Below are positions 10,518-19,865 of a stretch of DNA of 64,000 nt, in pieces (position 1 is the stretch's first letter; each line of letters opens with the position of its first letter). Under the pieces are notes generated by a model, which was not told the origin of the DNA, did no database searches, and saw nothing but the letters and a program-made list of their open reading frames with translations. The DNA comes from Marine group II euryarchaeote REDSEA-S42_B7 (GTDB taxonomy: Archaea; Thermoplasmatota; Poseidoniia; Poseidoniales; Thalassarchaeaceae). The stretch spans positions 20,876 through 84,875 of the forward strand of contig LURZ01000009.1 of assembly GCA_001629255.1 (NCBI GenBank). The letters are read 5' to 3'. A program made the translations under genes and the position numbers.

Positions 10518-10575
10518 CTACCCAAGTCAACAACCCAATCGGGAGGTTCATGGAGTATTGCAGACAGGCTTAATC

Positions 10576-11637
10576 ATGGGGGGACACGGAGTCATTCAAC
10601 GATATCGTGAGTTCCTGCCAGTTTCTCAGGATACCTGCATCATTTCTCTTAATGAGGGGAACACGCCACTGATAGAATCACACAATCTGGTACAGGCACT
10701 GGGTGGAGGCTTCCGCCTTTTCATCAAATATGAGGGGCTTAATCCCACGGCATCCTTCAAAGATCGAGGGATGACCCTTGCGGTAACCAAGGCAGTAGAA
10801 AGGGGCGTTCGCGCAATCGTTTGTGCCAGCACAGGCAACACGAGCGCCTCAGCAGCGGCCTATGCCTCTCGCGCGGGACTAACTTGCGTGGTCCTAATTC
10901 CAGAGGGCAAGATCTCCTATGGAAAGATGGCCCAGGCTCTCATTCATGGTGCGAAGACAATTGAAGTCAGAGGGAACTTCGATGAAGCTCTGGAGTTGGT
11001 CAGGGAATTGGGGCTCAGGGACGATATTGAAATCGTCAACAGCATCAATCCATTCAGAATTCAGGGCCAGAAGACTGGCGCATTCGAGGTCTGCGACCAA
11101 CTAGGGAATTGTCCAGACATGCACTTCTTGCCGGTTGGGAACGCTGGCAACATCACTTCCTATTGGATGGGCTACAAGGAGTACAGGGATGCTGGGAAGA
11201 TAGAGTCGCTGCCCATGATGATGGGATGGCAGGCAGAGGGCGCGGCACCGATTGTCAGAGGGGAGGTCGTTGATGCACCCGAGACAGTGGCTACAGCCAT
11301 CAGGATAGGGAATCCTTCTAGCTGGCAACTAGCCATAGAGGCCTCGGAGGAGTCCTCAGGGACAATAGACTCCGTCACAGATGAAGAAATACTCGATGCC
11401 CACAGGATGCTCGCGAGGACTGAGGGCATATTCGTCGAACCGGCATCTGCCGCGGGGATCGCGGGCATTGTGAAGAGCAACTCGAGGGGAGATATACCAA
11501 AAAACTCCACATTAGTCGTTACGGTAACCGGCCACGGACTTAAGGACCCGGCTATCGCTATCGAGAACTCCGCCGCCAAGTCTGTAGTTGTCGATCCAGA
11601 CCTCGAATCAGTCCTGGATGCAATCGGAATGCAATGA
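10576..11637 (+). CDS. thrC: threonine synthase
   Basis: It has the PLP-lysine motif TASFKDRGMTLAV. The N-terminal pattern YREFLPV....IISLNEGNTPLI is typical of short archaeal ThrC. The ATG at 10576 lies within track ORF 10498..11637. Confidence 0.9.
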   Translation: MGGHGVIQRYREFLPVSQDTCIISLNEGNTPLIESHNLVQALGGGFRLFIKYEGLNPTASFKDRGMTLAVTKAVERGVRAIVCASTGNTSASAAAYASRAGLTCVVLIPEGKISYGKMAQALIHGAKTIEVRGNFDEALELVRELGLRDDIEIVNSINPFRIQGQKTGAFEVCDQLGNCPDMHFLPVGNAGNITSYWMGYKEYRDAGKIESLPMMMGWQAEGAAPIVRGEVVDAPETVATAIRIGNPSSWQLAIEASEESSGTIDSVTDEEILDAHRMLARTEGIFVEPASAAGIAGIVKSNSRGDIPKNSTLVVTVTGHGLKDPAIAIENSAAKSVVVDPDLESVLDAIGMQ

Positions 11638-11670
11638 GTATGGTTATTGCTGTCTTGCCAATCCCACGTC

Positions 11671-12855
11671 ATGGATGACGACTTTTCAGACCGCGCATTC
11701 TCCACTAGAGCCGTCTGGTCCGGAACCAACCACTTGGAGGGGTCCGCAGTCACTCCTATATTCACCACCTCTACCTATCAGCTCAATGACGACAGGTATC
11801 GAGATTGGGCCGATGGCGGCCAGCACTCGCTGATCTACAGTCGCTGGTCGAGTGTGAACTCCGAGGCCGTGGCTTCGAAGGTAGCCTCTTTGGAGGGAGC
11901 CGAGGACGGAGAGACACTTGCAAGTGGAATGGCCGCGATCTCTTCCACCCTTCTTTCCATGCTTTCGAAGGGCGATCACATGGTCACATCCCCAGATATC
12001 TATGGGGGGACATATGGCCTACTAACCTCAGATTTCCCCAGATTCGGAATAGACGTAACTATGGCGGACATCAGAGACCCCTCTTCGTTTGAGGCCGCAA
12101 TAAACGAGAACACCAAGGTCCTCTATGTCGAGACAATTACCAATCCCGTACTGAAGGTGTGTGATTTGGAGGCCATGGCATCAATAGCGAAGGAGCATGG
12201 CCTGATTTCGGTTGTCGATAACACATTCGCTACTCCGTGGGCCTGTCAACCAATTTCAATGGGGTTCGATGTCGTCATTCACTCAGGAACTAAGTTCCTC
12301 AACGGACACAGCGATTTGACAGCAGGAATTGTTGTCGGAAGATCCGATCTAATCAAGGGGGTTTTCAAGACCAAAAGCAGGCTAGGGGGGACCGCTGACG
12401 CCTTCATGTGCTATCTTCTGGAGAGGGGCATGAGAACCCTTCATGCTAGGATGCCAATACACGCATCAAACTCTTCTGAACTGGCTAGAAGAATGCAAGA
12501 ACACCCAGAAATCAGCGCTGTCAACCATCCCTCTCTGGAGAGCTATGCTGACTACGAGGTGGCCAAACGAATCGTACCGAATGGGACGGGAATGCTATCA
12601 TTTGTTGTAAGGGGCGGGGATGAGAGAGCAATGCGCTTCGTCAGAGCGCTCGAAATCATCTTCGAAGCGACAAGCCTAGGAGGGATCGAGAGCCTAGTTT
12701 CTTGTCCATTCAACACGAGCGATATTTTCGTTCCCGAGGAGGATCGGCTAGAGGCGGGGATCGTCCCAGGTTTCGTGAGGATGAGCGTTGGAATAGAGGA
12801 TGTTGACGACCTATGGTCGGACATTGAACAGGCCCTGTTGGCCAGCCAATCCTGA
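11671..12855 (+). CDS. Cys/Met-metabolism PLP enzyme (cystathionine gamma-synthase / O-acylhomoserine sulfhydrylase / gamma-lyase family)
   Basis: It has the PLP-lysine motif HSGTKFLNGHSD and a family-typical C-terminus (RMSVGIEDVDDLWSDIEQAL). The ATG is at 11671; the track start at 11647 is TTG. Confidence 0.85.
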   Translation: MDDDFSDRAFSTRAVWSGTNHLEGSAVTPIFTTSTYQLNDDRYRDWADGGQHSLIYSRWSSVNSEAVASKVASLEGAEDGETLASGMAAISSTLLSMLSKGDHMVTSPDIYGGTYGLLTSDFPRFGIDVTMADIRDPSSFEAAINENTKVLYVETITNPVLKVCDLEAMASIAKEHGLISVVDNTFATPWACQPISMGFDVVIHSGTKFLNGHSDLTAGIVVGRSDLIKGVFKTKSRLGGTADAFMCYLLERGMRTLHARMPIHASNSSELARRMQEHPEISAVNHPSLESYADYEVAKRIVPNGTGMLSFVVRGGDERAMRFVRALEIIFEATSLGGIESLVSCPFNTSDIFVPEEDRLEAGIVPGFVRMSVGIEDVDDLWSDIEQALLASQS

Positions 12856-12866
12856 CAGGTGGAAAG

Positions 12867-13490
12867 ATGGACCAAACCCTCCTGCTCGCCACTCTTGTGT
12901 TCATCATACCGATGTGCTTCAGCCCCGGGCCAAACAATGTGCTCTGTGCTGCTCACGGCTCACAGCACGGGTTCAAGGCAACTCTTACACTGATCTCAGG
13001 AATGGCAGTAGGTTGGTCAGCTCTGGGCTTGTTCGTCGGAGGGGCTACTGTTTTCATCGAGAACAACCAGGAGTTCTTCGAGATATTGACCTACGTCGGA
13101 GCCGGTTACATTGCATACCTCTCGTTCAAGATCGCGACTTCAAACTCTCTCGAGGACGGCTCTATCGAGGAAGAGCGTCTTGGATTCTCGACCGGGGTTG
13201 CCATTCAGTTCGTTAACGGAAAGGCGTGGATTCACTTTTTGGTCCTCATGACTACATTCGGCTCCCTCTTTGGGACTGGATTCTCTGGAAAGGCAATGCT
13301 AGTGATACTGAATGTGATGTTCGGACTCCCAGCAGTCATGACTTGGGCTGCATTCGGCACGATCCTACGCAGAGCCTTCACTTCTCCTCGTTCGGCTACC
13401 TTCCTAAACCGAGGTATGGGTGTGTCCTTGTTTGTCGTAGCACTTTGGATAGTGATACCTCCAGACTATTACAGTACTCTTCTGGGTTGA
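12867..13490 (+). CDS. LysE/RhtB-family amino-acid exporter
   Basis: It is 207 aa with about 6 TM helices and an N-terminal PGPNN motif. The ATG is preceded by GGTGG. Confidence 0.8.
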   Translation: MDQTLLLATLVFIIPMCFSPGPNNVLCAAHGSQHGFKATLTLISGMAVGWSALGLFVGGATVFIENNQEFFEILTYVGAGYIAYLSFKIATSNSLEDGSIEEERLGFSTGVAIQFVNGKAWIHFLVLMTTFGSLFGTGFSGKAMLVILNVMFGLPAVMTWAAFGTILRRAFTSPRSATFLNRGMGVSLFVVALWIVIPPDYYSTLLG

Positions 13491-13495
13491 ATTTT

Positions 13496-13580
13496 TGGTG
13501 CAGAGGGCAGGATTCGAACCTGCGAAGCACTACGCACTGGGACCTCATCCCAGCCCCTTTGACCGCTCGGGTACCTCTGC
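13496..13580 (-). tRNA. tRNA-Leu (anticodon GAG), class II, CCA encoded
   Basis: The reverse complement reads GCAGAGG-TA-CCC-GAGCGGTCAAA-GGG-G-CTGGG-AT[GAG]GT-CCCAG-TGCGTAGTGCTTC-GCAGG-TTCGAAT-CCTGC-CCTCTGC-A-CCA. It has a 7-bp acceptor stem, a 3-bp D stem, a 13-nt variable arm, U33, G37 and discriminator A73. Confidence 0.85.
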
Positions 13581-13611
13581 TTGTGAGTCGGTGGGCTTAC
13601 GCCTGCATATT

Positions 13612-13788
13612 TCAGAGGTATCCTAGCTTCCACATTGACAAGTAAATGATGGGAGCCAGGGGCAAGCAAACCGCAAACGCTCTCTTGAAGGCTCTCCACA
13701 GTCCGTCTTCCTTTCCTTCTGGGATGCTATCTGCCGCAGCCACAACCAATTCCTCAATTATGTCCGCTCCGGGACTAATGCTTGTCAT
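13612..13788 (-). CDS. possible small ORF (58 aa), hypothetical
   Basis: Hand translation gives MTSISPGADIIEELVVAAADSIPEGKEDGLWRAFKRAFAVCLPLAPIIYLSMWKLGYL. GAGGTGG lies just upstream of the ATG. The ORF is below the track size cutoff and ends 31 nt upstream of the tRNA 5' end, where the tRNA promoter should be. Confidence 0.2.
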   Translation of the reverse strand: MTSISPGADIIEELVVAAADSIPEGKEDGLWRAFKRAFAVCLPLAPIIYLSMWKLGYL

Positions 13789-13796
13789 ATTCCACC

Positions 13797-14630
13797 TCAG
13801 AACCTAATTCCTACTTTGGCGGCCATGGGAGGCGCCTCACCGGTCTTCGCATAATAGAACAGAGATGCCCTATTCACAGCATCAACTGTCGAGAAGAAGA
13901 GGACTGTGAACAATAGTCCCACAGCAAGGACTACGATTCCTAAGATTACTCCCAAATCACCTAAGTACATCAGTGGGATGGAAATTCCAATCAGAACGAA
14001 TATGCATAGAATCATCAGAAGCCCGGTTCCGATGTGAGATGTAACATCCTCTCCCCAGGTCCTCTTGAACAAGTCTGCACTTCTGCCCATGCTATCTAGT
14101 ATCCCGGCCCTCTCCAGGACAATCATGGGGATCATGAAGAATGTGACGATCCACCAAGCCATTCCAATGATGAAACTAGCCAAGCCCGCCACTATCCTCA
14201 GTGGAACCGGGGAGTCTTCGCTATGAGAAAGCCCCTCGAGTACCTGTATGAAAAGCCCGACAGTTCCTGCAATCAGTCCCCAAACCAGAATCTGTGGTAG
14301 ACACCTCACCGCTTGCCCAATGCCGTACGAGAAACTTGGATTAGTTCCCGAGCTGAGGCGCTCATACGCGCTTGCTACTATGGCCGCGTTCCAGAAGACG
14401 GTAATTACAGATACTAACATGTAGAAGACGAACCAAATTGCCATGTGTGCGAATACCAGCTCACCGCCACATTCGTCGCCGACGCACTCCGGGTTGGAGG
14501 CGATAGCATCCAGTCCGACCGAGCCGGATATCGCTGCCCCTATTGCTACGAGAGAGAATATAGCCGACAGGAATGTGTACACGAGTAACTCTGGGTCGGA
14601 CCAAACCACTGCAATCCCCAGTTTTGTCAT
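13797..14630 (-). CDS. polytopic membrane protein, hypothetical (DUF6159-like)
   Basis: I chose the ATG at 14630 (MTKLGIAVVW...) within track ORF 13797..14714. It has about 6 hydrophobic helices and no catalytic motif that I recognise. Confidence 0.6.
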   Translation of the reverse strand: MTKLGIAVVWSDPELLVYTFLSAIFSLVAIGAAISGSVGLDAIASNPECVGDECGGELVFAHMAIWFVFYMLVSVITVFWNAAIVASAYERLSSGTNPSFSYGIGQAVRCLPQILVWGLIAGTVGLFIQVLEGLSHSEDSPVPLRIVAGLASFIIGMAWWIVTFFMIPMIVLERAGILDSMGRSADLFKRTWGEDVTSHIGTGLLMILCIFVLIGISIPLMYLGDLGVILGIVVLAVGLLFTVLFFSTVDAVNRASLFYYAKTGEAPPMAAKVGIRF

Positions 14631-14723
14631 CTTCCAACCTCGAGAGATCCTCTGCCCTATCCCAATTCTTCGCCCTCCTCTGCGAATCATCCAAGAATCG
14701 CCTGTGGTAACCACGGCAGAATT

Positions 14724-15200
14724 CTACTGGTCAGGAGTAATAACGATATTCACGGAATCCCCAACGGAGACCCTACCTTCTCGCAAAACACGTGCTAGCC
14801 ACCTCGACCAACCGTACTCCTGATCGTGGTCGACTCTGTCAAATCGTCTCCCTATGAACGACCCGCCAATCTTAGAGCAGGGGGCGCAAGGCTCGCTAAG
14901 CTCAAGCACTACGTCGCCAATCTCCAAGCGCGCCCCCTCAGAAAGTGAATCCCAATCCACTCCTCGAATTGTCAGATTCTCACCCGTAGACCCGATCTCT
15001 ATCGGGTGACCCTCATTCTTCAGTCGCTGGATTAGCTCTAGAGAGAAGATACAGACTGCTCTATCTGCATCCCCGCCATTGTTCGATCGAAACCTGTTGA
15101 AATCCCCCTCAACCCCACTGTTCATGATATCCGCGGACTCAACCATGGACTTGGGTACGCCTCCGTCGCTAACGTTGATCGAGTGAACTTCGCCTCTCAT
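14724..15200 (-). CDS. MOSC domain-containing protein
   Basis: It is 158 aa with an ATG start. The pattern GENLTIRGVDW....GARLEIGDVVLELSEPCAPCSKI is typical of MOSC beta-barrel domains with the conserved Cys. Confidence 0.75.
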   Translation of the reverse strand: MRGEVHSINVSDGGVPKSMVESADIMNSGVEGDFNRFRSNNGGDADRAVCIFSLELIQRLKNEGHPIEIGSTGENLTIRGVDWDSLSEGARLEIGDVVLELSEPCAPCSKIGGSFIGRRFDRVDHDQEYGWSRWLARVLREGRVSVGDSVNIVITPDQ

Positions 15201-15209
15201 GGTAACCCT

Positions 15210-16163
15210 CTAGAATTCGAATTCAACCTCCAGCCTATCTACCATTTCTACATACCTCTCGGACAGCCCTTCGCCTGGGTCAACCAGATTATGCTTCCAA
15301 TACCTCCAAGAAGCAATAGCAAGAGTTGCGTATCTGTGCATCATTGGGAGTGACTCAATCTCCTTGTCCTCAAGAAGTCTGACGCTTTGATAACCCTCAA
15401 CCAGAGACTGCCACCTGTCCAACACTGGCTGTGTACCATCCCAGCCAAATCCAACGAATGCCATGGCCAAATCGAAAATCTTCGGACCTATCCAAGCCTC
15501 CTCTAAGTCAAGAATCGCACCAACCTCCCCCTTCCCGATGACATTGTCCGGAAACAGATCTCCGTGAAGGATTCCAACGGGGATTTCTTCGACTAGACCT
15601 TCCTTGATAGCACTGGCCTCAATAGCGAGAAGCTCTACAAAAGAGGAATCAGGACCCCCATCCTTCGATAGAGAAGAAACCTCTTCGAAAAGCGAAAAAC
15701 CCATCCGATATTCTGTAGGAAAACAATCCGAATTGGGTATCTCGTGCATTTGAGCCAATACCTTGCCCAGGTCGATTAGGGATTCAGAATCATTCCCAAG
15801 ATGACCTCCTCGGATATACGGAAGTAGAGTCCAAGCGACTCCGTTCTTCTCAGCAAAACTACTGTTGTCAGCAAGCTTGATTGGAACCGTAGTTGGAATT
15901 CCGTGATTATCAAGGTGGATGTGTCTGAGAATTACCCTATCGACCTCTTCTATCCTATTTGCAAACCATGCCTTCAGCACGACCTTACTACCATCAGCCA
16001 AATCAACGAGGAAGTTCTTGTTGTCCCAGCCTCCTGCAAGAGGGGCCATATTCTCGGAGTGCGGGAGCCCGGCTAGAGACAGTAGCCAATTTGCGTCTTC
16101 CAGCCGTACCTCGTTTGTCACGGACATCCCTGTACTTAGACACATATTGCTTCTTCTCTCCAT
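15210..16163 (-). CDS. aminoglycoside-phosphotransferase-fold kinase, homoserine kinase type II (ThrB2)-like
   Basis: It has the catalytic loop ILHGDLFPDNV and a Mg-binding region ILDLEEAWIGPKIFDLAMAF. It lies close to thrC. Confidence 0.7.
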   Translation of the reverse strand: MERRSNMCLSTGMSVTNEVRLEDANWLLSLAGLPHSENMAPLAGGWDNKNFLVDLADGSKVVLKAWFANRIEEVDRVILRHIHLDNHGIPTTVPIKLADNSSFAEKNGVAWTLLPYIRGGHLGNDSESLIDLGKVLAQMHEIPNSDCFPTEYRMGFSLFEEVSSLSKDGGPDSSFVELLAIEASAIKEGLVEEIPVGILHGDLFPDNVIGKGEVGAILDLEEAWIGPKIFDLAMAFVGFGWDGTQPVLDRWQSLVEGYQSVRLLEDKEIESLPMMHRYATLAIASWRYWKHNLVDPGEGLSERYVEMVDRLEVEFEF

Positions 16164-16196
16164 TAGGACTTAACATTCGTATGGTTACGACGTGTC

Positions 16197-17087
16197 ATGG
16201 GCGACTCAGAGAGGGTTTCCGAGACACACGCTTTCCTAATTGGAACTCCAAAGTCAGGAACAACCTGGTTAGCCGCAACTCTCTCTCAAAACCCCAATAT
16301 TTGTGTCTCAAACCCCAAGGAGCCAAACATCATCGCCACCCACAAGGGAACCTTCTCACGTAGTGTAGAGGAACCCGACTGGGAACTATACGAATCGTTC
16401 TTCGATGGAGGCGGAGTAAGACTGGATGCTTCGATTCATGCCTTCTCGTGCCCGGAGGCACCAGGTAGGATTTCCGATAGATTCGATGATCCAAGATTCG
16501 TCTTATCTTTTCGTGAGCCAGTGTCCAGGGTCTTCAGTCATTGGAGAATGGTGTTAGACAGTGGAGAAGCAAAAAAGAACGGTGTAGATTGGTCGGAGTT
16601 CGAATCAGCTTGGGAGGACGAGAGGCTAAGATGCGACTCAAGGTATGGTAGCTCAATGGAAAGATGGTTACAGAAATTCCCATTAGACAGGTTCTACATC
16701 ATCGATAGTTCCGATTTGAGAACCAGGCCAGTCGAGGTTCTGGAGGAATTGGAACAGTTTCTCGGACTTCCTCAGCATGACTACAACATCGACATGTCAA
16801 GGAACTCTAATTCTGCCTCTCGTCGTAGGCCCATTTCGGCCATTGGAAAGGCCATCAGACTCGTCTTCTCACTTGTCCCACAAATGATCAAGGGGCCTGT
16901 TGTTAGAGTACTTCAGAAGAAGGATTTGAATATCTACAACGCTCCAATTCTCAGTAGTGCTGTCCCGCTGTTAAAAGCCCAAGAGGAGCATTACAGGATT
17001 TGCGAGAAAACTGTATCCGAAGAGGTACAACTGCTATCGAAATTAACTGGTTTCGAATCCAAGGGATGGATGGAAAAACAAAACTAA
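16197..17087 (+). CDS. PAPS-dependent sulfotransferase family protein
   Basis: It has a 5'-PSB loop (IGTPKSGTTWL) and a 3'-PB motif (SFREPVSRVFSHW), with an ATG start. Confidence 0.8.
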   Translation: MGDSERVSETHAFLIGTPKSGTTWLAATLSQNPNICVSNPKEPNIIATHKGTFSRSVEEPDWELYESFFDGGGVRLDASIHAFSCPEAPGRISDRFDDPRFVLSFREPVSRVFSHWRMVLDSGEAKKNGVDWSEFESAWEDERLRCDSRYGSSMERWLQKFPLDRFYIIDSSDLRTRPVEVLEELEQFLGLPQHDYNIDMSRNSNSASRRRPISAIGKAIRLVFSLVPQMIKGPVVRVLQKKDLNIYNAPILSSAVPLLKAQEEHYRICEKTVSEEVQLLSKLTGFESKGWMEKQN

Positions 17088-17129
17088 TCCGACCGACAGA
17101 GAAAAATCCGGTTAGATTCTCGAAGAGCC

Positions 17130-18359
17130 ATGAGTGAGCCACAGACACGCCTTCTTGTGGTAAAGGCTGCAATGGTTAGTAATGGTGGCGCGGCGAGGGA
17201 CATAATGCGCAACCTTCCTGAAATCAGTAGAAAATTTGAGACTAAATTCGCATGTCTTAACATCCTGGAGAGCCAGAGGAAATCGATCGAATCGCTAGGT
17301 GTTGAAGTTCTTTGTCCAGACAACCAATGGGAAATAGAGGGTGGTCTTTGGAATGAGATTTCGGCTAAGCAGGATCGTAGCTCCAAGAGAGCATGGGAAG
17401 GATTGGATGGAATCCGCCGGGCTGTAGAATGGGCCGATGCTATCCACTTAACAACAGGAGCGGGTTCTATGGATTTCGCCTCATTAGTTCCCGACAGCAA
17501 GCCACTACACCTCCATTTCCTTGAGTCCAAACCAGGGATTTTTGACGATGTCAATCATCTTAACTCGGATGGGACCGGATTTTGGAGGGCAAAATTGGTT
17601 CATATGCTGCAATTCTATCATAGAAGAAGAATAATTTCCTCATTTCAAAGATTCAAGAAAAACAAATCTTGGGTTATAAATGCTAATTCCAAGTTCTCCG
17701 CCTCTCGACTGTGGAAGGAATACCAGATAGAGGGAGGAGTCCTATATCCTGTAGTCGATATTTCAGAATTCAACTCAAACCCGACAAACGAAGAAAAGGA
17801 GGCTCTGAGAAAACTTAGGAGTCAAGGTATTCCTTACTTGGTTACTGTTGGCAACATGAGTCGGTTCAAGGGGGTTTTTGAAGCGCTCGAGCATGTTTCA
17901 GGGTGCGACCTCGATCTGGTAGTAATTGGCGGGGGCTCTTCGGAGCAAAACCAACTATTCCGAAAAAAGGCAGACTCCCTGGGAGTGGATGTACAGATTC
18001 TTTCCAATTTGAACTCAATAGAGATGTGCGCCATCTTCAGAAACGCGAGGGCAGTTGTCGGCTTCTCGCATGGGGAGGCCTTCGGCTTGACGCCCGTAGA
18101 GGCTATGGCCATAGGAACGCCCCCGTTGTTTGTTGATTTTGGAGGGTATACAGATACAATCGTCGACGGGGTAAACGGAAGACTGCTTAGCAGAGGCGAC
18201 CTCGAAGCTTGGAGGAAAGCCTTCGAACAAGCCAAGGATGAGGAAACGAGAGAGTCATGGGCAAGGGAAGGTGTGACGCGAATCCAGGAACTAGGCCTTA
18301 CTCCTGAAAGACACGTGGAACGACTCAAGAAATCGATAGATTCGATCACTACCGTATAA
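17130..18359 (+). CDS. glycosyltransferase, GT-B fold (GT4-like)
   Basis: The C-terminal EX7E motif EAFGLTPVE lies in HGEAFGLTPVEAMAIGTPPLFVDFGG. It has an ATG start. Confidence 0.8.
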   Translation: MSEPQTRLLVVKAAMVSNGGAARDIMRNLPEISRKFETKFACLNILESQRKSIESLGVEVLCPDNQWEIEGGLWNEISAKQDRSSKRAWEGLDGIRRAVEWADAIHLTTGAGSMDFASLVPDSKPLHLHFLESKPGIFDDVNHLNSDGTGFWRAKLVHMLQFYHRRRIISSFQRFKKNKSWVINANSKFSASRLWKEYQIEGGVLYPVVDISEFNSNPTNEEKEALRKLRSQGIPYLVTVGNMSRFKGVFEALEHVSGCDLDLVVIGGGSSEQNQLFRKKADSLGVDVQILSNLNSIEMCAIFRNARAVVGFSHGEAFGLTPVEAMAIGTPPLFVDFGGYTDTIVDGVNGRLLSRGDLEAWRKAFEQAKDEETRESWAREGVTRIQELGLTPERHVERLKKSIDSITTV

Positions 18360-18368
18360 TGATACACA

Positions 18369-19064
18369 TTAGAGGTCAGTATCCTCCTGCGTCCTCTCTA
18401 TCAACAGCCATATTTGTGCTCCGTAGTTCAGATTTGGCTCATCTATACTACTTACCTTCAGTCCCCTGTTTAAACAGGCCCTTTTTATCCATCTTAGACT
18501 ATGTCTAGCAATTCCTGGTTGATCAGATTCGTGACTCTTGCCAATCCAACTCTCTCCCTTGTAGCCGTCGAGGAATGGTATTCTTGGCCTCATGTAAGAA
18601 GTCAGGAATCTAGCCGAGGGGGACGAATGTCTGACAAATTGGTCAAGCATCTTTTCTATCTGTTTTTTGGAAGAATGGGTCCATATTGATCTTGCGATGA
18701 AATAATCGAAAGTTGTTCCGAATACATCGAACTCGAAGTCTGAATTCGTGTTGAATCTTGGTTTCTTATCTCGTAGTATTTTAGAATCGATTACTACTTT
18801 CTTCCCTATCTCAAGCATTTCTACATTAGGCTCCACACCGAAGTAACAGTCCGAATTTAGGTAGGGAATGAGCCACCTGCCTCCTCTAAGGCAGCCGCAG
18901 CCGATGTCTAAGACCAATGAAGACGCCATTAATCCAAAATGAGTAAGTATGGCCAATTGGTTTTCTCCTGCATCATGGAAGTCATTCTGGCTACCCCCGG
19001 AAAAAACCCCTGACTTATCCAGAATCGAGTAAATCCTCGCTGAATCTTCCCTAGAAATAGTCAA
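18369..19064 (-). CDS. class I SAM-dependent methyltransferase
   Basis: It has motif I, VLDIGCGCLRGG. The start is TTG, with no in-frame ATG before the motif. Confidence 0.7.
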   Translation of the reverse strand: MTISREDSARIYSILDKSGVFSGGSQNDFHDAGENQLAILTHFGLMASSLVLDIGCGCLRGGRWLIPYLNSDCYFGVEPNVEMLEIGKKVVIDSKILRDKKPRFNTNSDFEFDVFGTTFDYFIARSIWTHSSKKQIEKMLDQFVRHSSPSARFLTSYMRPRIPFLDGYKGESWIGKSHESDQPGIARHSLRWIKRACLNRGLKVSSIDEPNLNYGAQIWLLIERTQEDTDL

Positions 19065-19074
19065 ACTGATACCT

Positions 19075-19797
19075 CTAATTTACTCCTAAAATAGCAAAAT
19101 CCGGTAGTTCTGCCAATTTATCATTTACTTCGGAGATGTGCTCGTGGAATGGCTTTAGGCTCGGATGCATTTCCCTCGTCTTTCTTACCTGAAAACCAGA
19201 AAATGGAACTTCGAAGGTTTTCTCGAATTCAGCTGCATTTTCCGTAATTCGATCCGTGTTTATCAGAATCACCGGAAAGAAACTCCCCGCCGTCCAATTG
19301 TCAATTTGCTTGGATACCTTCTCGATCCATCTCTCCACAGAGAATTCGCTGGTGTCGTCTCTTAGTTTGTTGTAGTTGAAAGTGAAGCCTCTGTTTATCT
19401 GAGAGCTCAGAGCCAAGCCGAAGTCATCCACAAAGCAGAAGGCACCCATTTGGACCCCTACATCTAGAGGTCTGATGTAATGACACCCCTTGACCCTGTG
19501 TGCCTCATTCCTGACCGTGTATTTGTGCTCCAGCAGGTTTACGATGAAGTTTGAGCGTGCCCCTCCGAACGAATTTACCCAAATGTCAATCGGCTCCTTG
19601 AGGAACATTTCTACTAACTCACTCTCTTCGGTCACTATCTTGGTCCCATCCGGGTTCTTTGGAGACCTATCGAATAGGGACCCAGGATCTGTAATGAGTT
19701 GCTTCAGTGTCCAAGCCCCCGGAATATACATCTGATCCCCGATTCTTCTGCACGGGCATTCGTAATAAATCCCCACAATAGCGAGGTTCAAGCCCAC
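19075..19797 (-). CDS. hypothetical protein in the glycan-modification islet
   Basis: It is a 240-aa ORF with a GTG start, no TM helix and no motif I can assign. The segment VNSFGGARSNF is faintly P-loop/PSB-like. Confidence 0.5.
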   Translation of the reverse strand: MGLNLAIVGIYYECPCRRIGDQMYIPGAWTLKQLITDPGSLFDRSPKNPDGTKIVTEESELVEMFLKEPIDIWVNSFGGARSNFIVNLLEHKYTVRNEAHRVKGCHYIRPLDVGVQMGAFCFVDDFGLALSSQINRGFTFNYNKLRDDTSEFSVERWIEKVSKQIDNWTAGSFFPVILINTDRITENAAEFEKTFEVPFSGFQVRKTREMHPSLKPFHEHISEVNDKLAELPDFAILGVN

Positions 19798-19865
19798 TCA
19801 TTACGGCCAACTAAGGTGCACTCACTTACATATTGTTCAAAGGTTCAGAGCCTGACCGCAGGTCC

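Noticed and set aside
13496-13580. The tRNA as an integration hotspot for a mobile element or genomic island.
   Set aside because: There is no integrase and no partial tRNA duplicate or att-like repeat that I could find. The flanking genes (a LysE exporter and a membrane protein) look ordinary.
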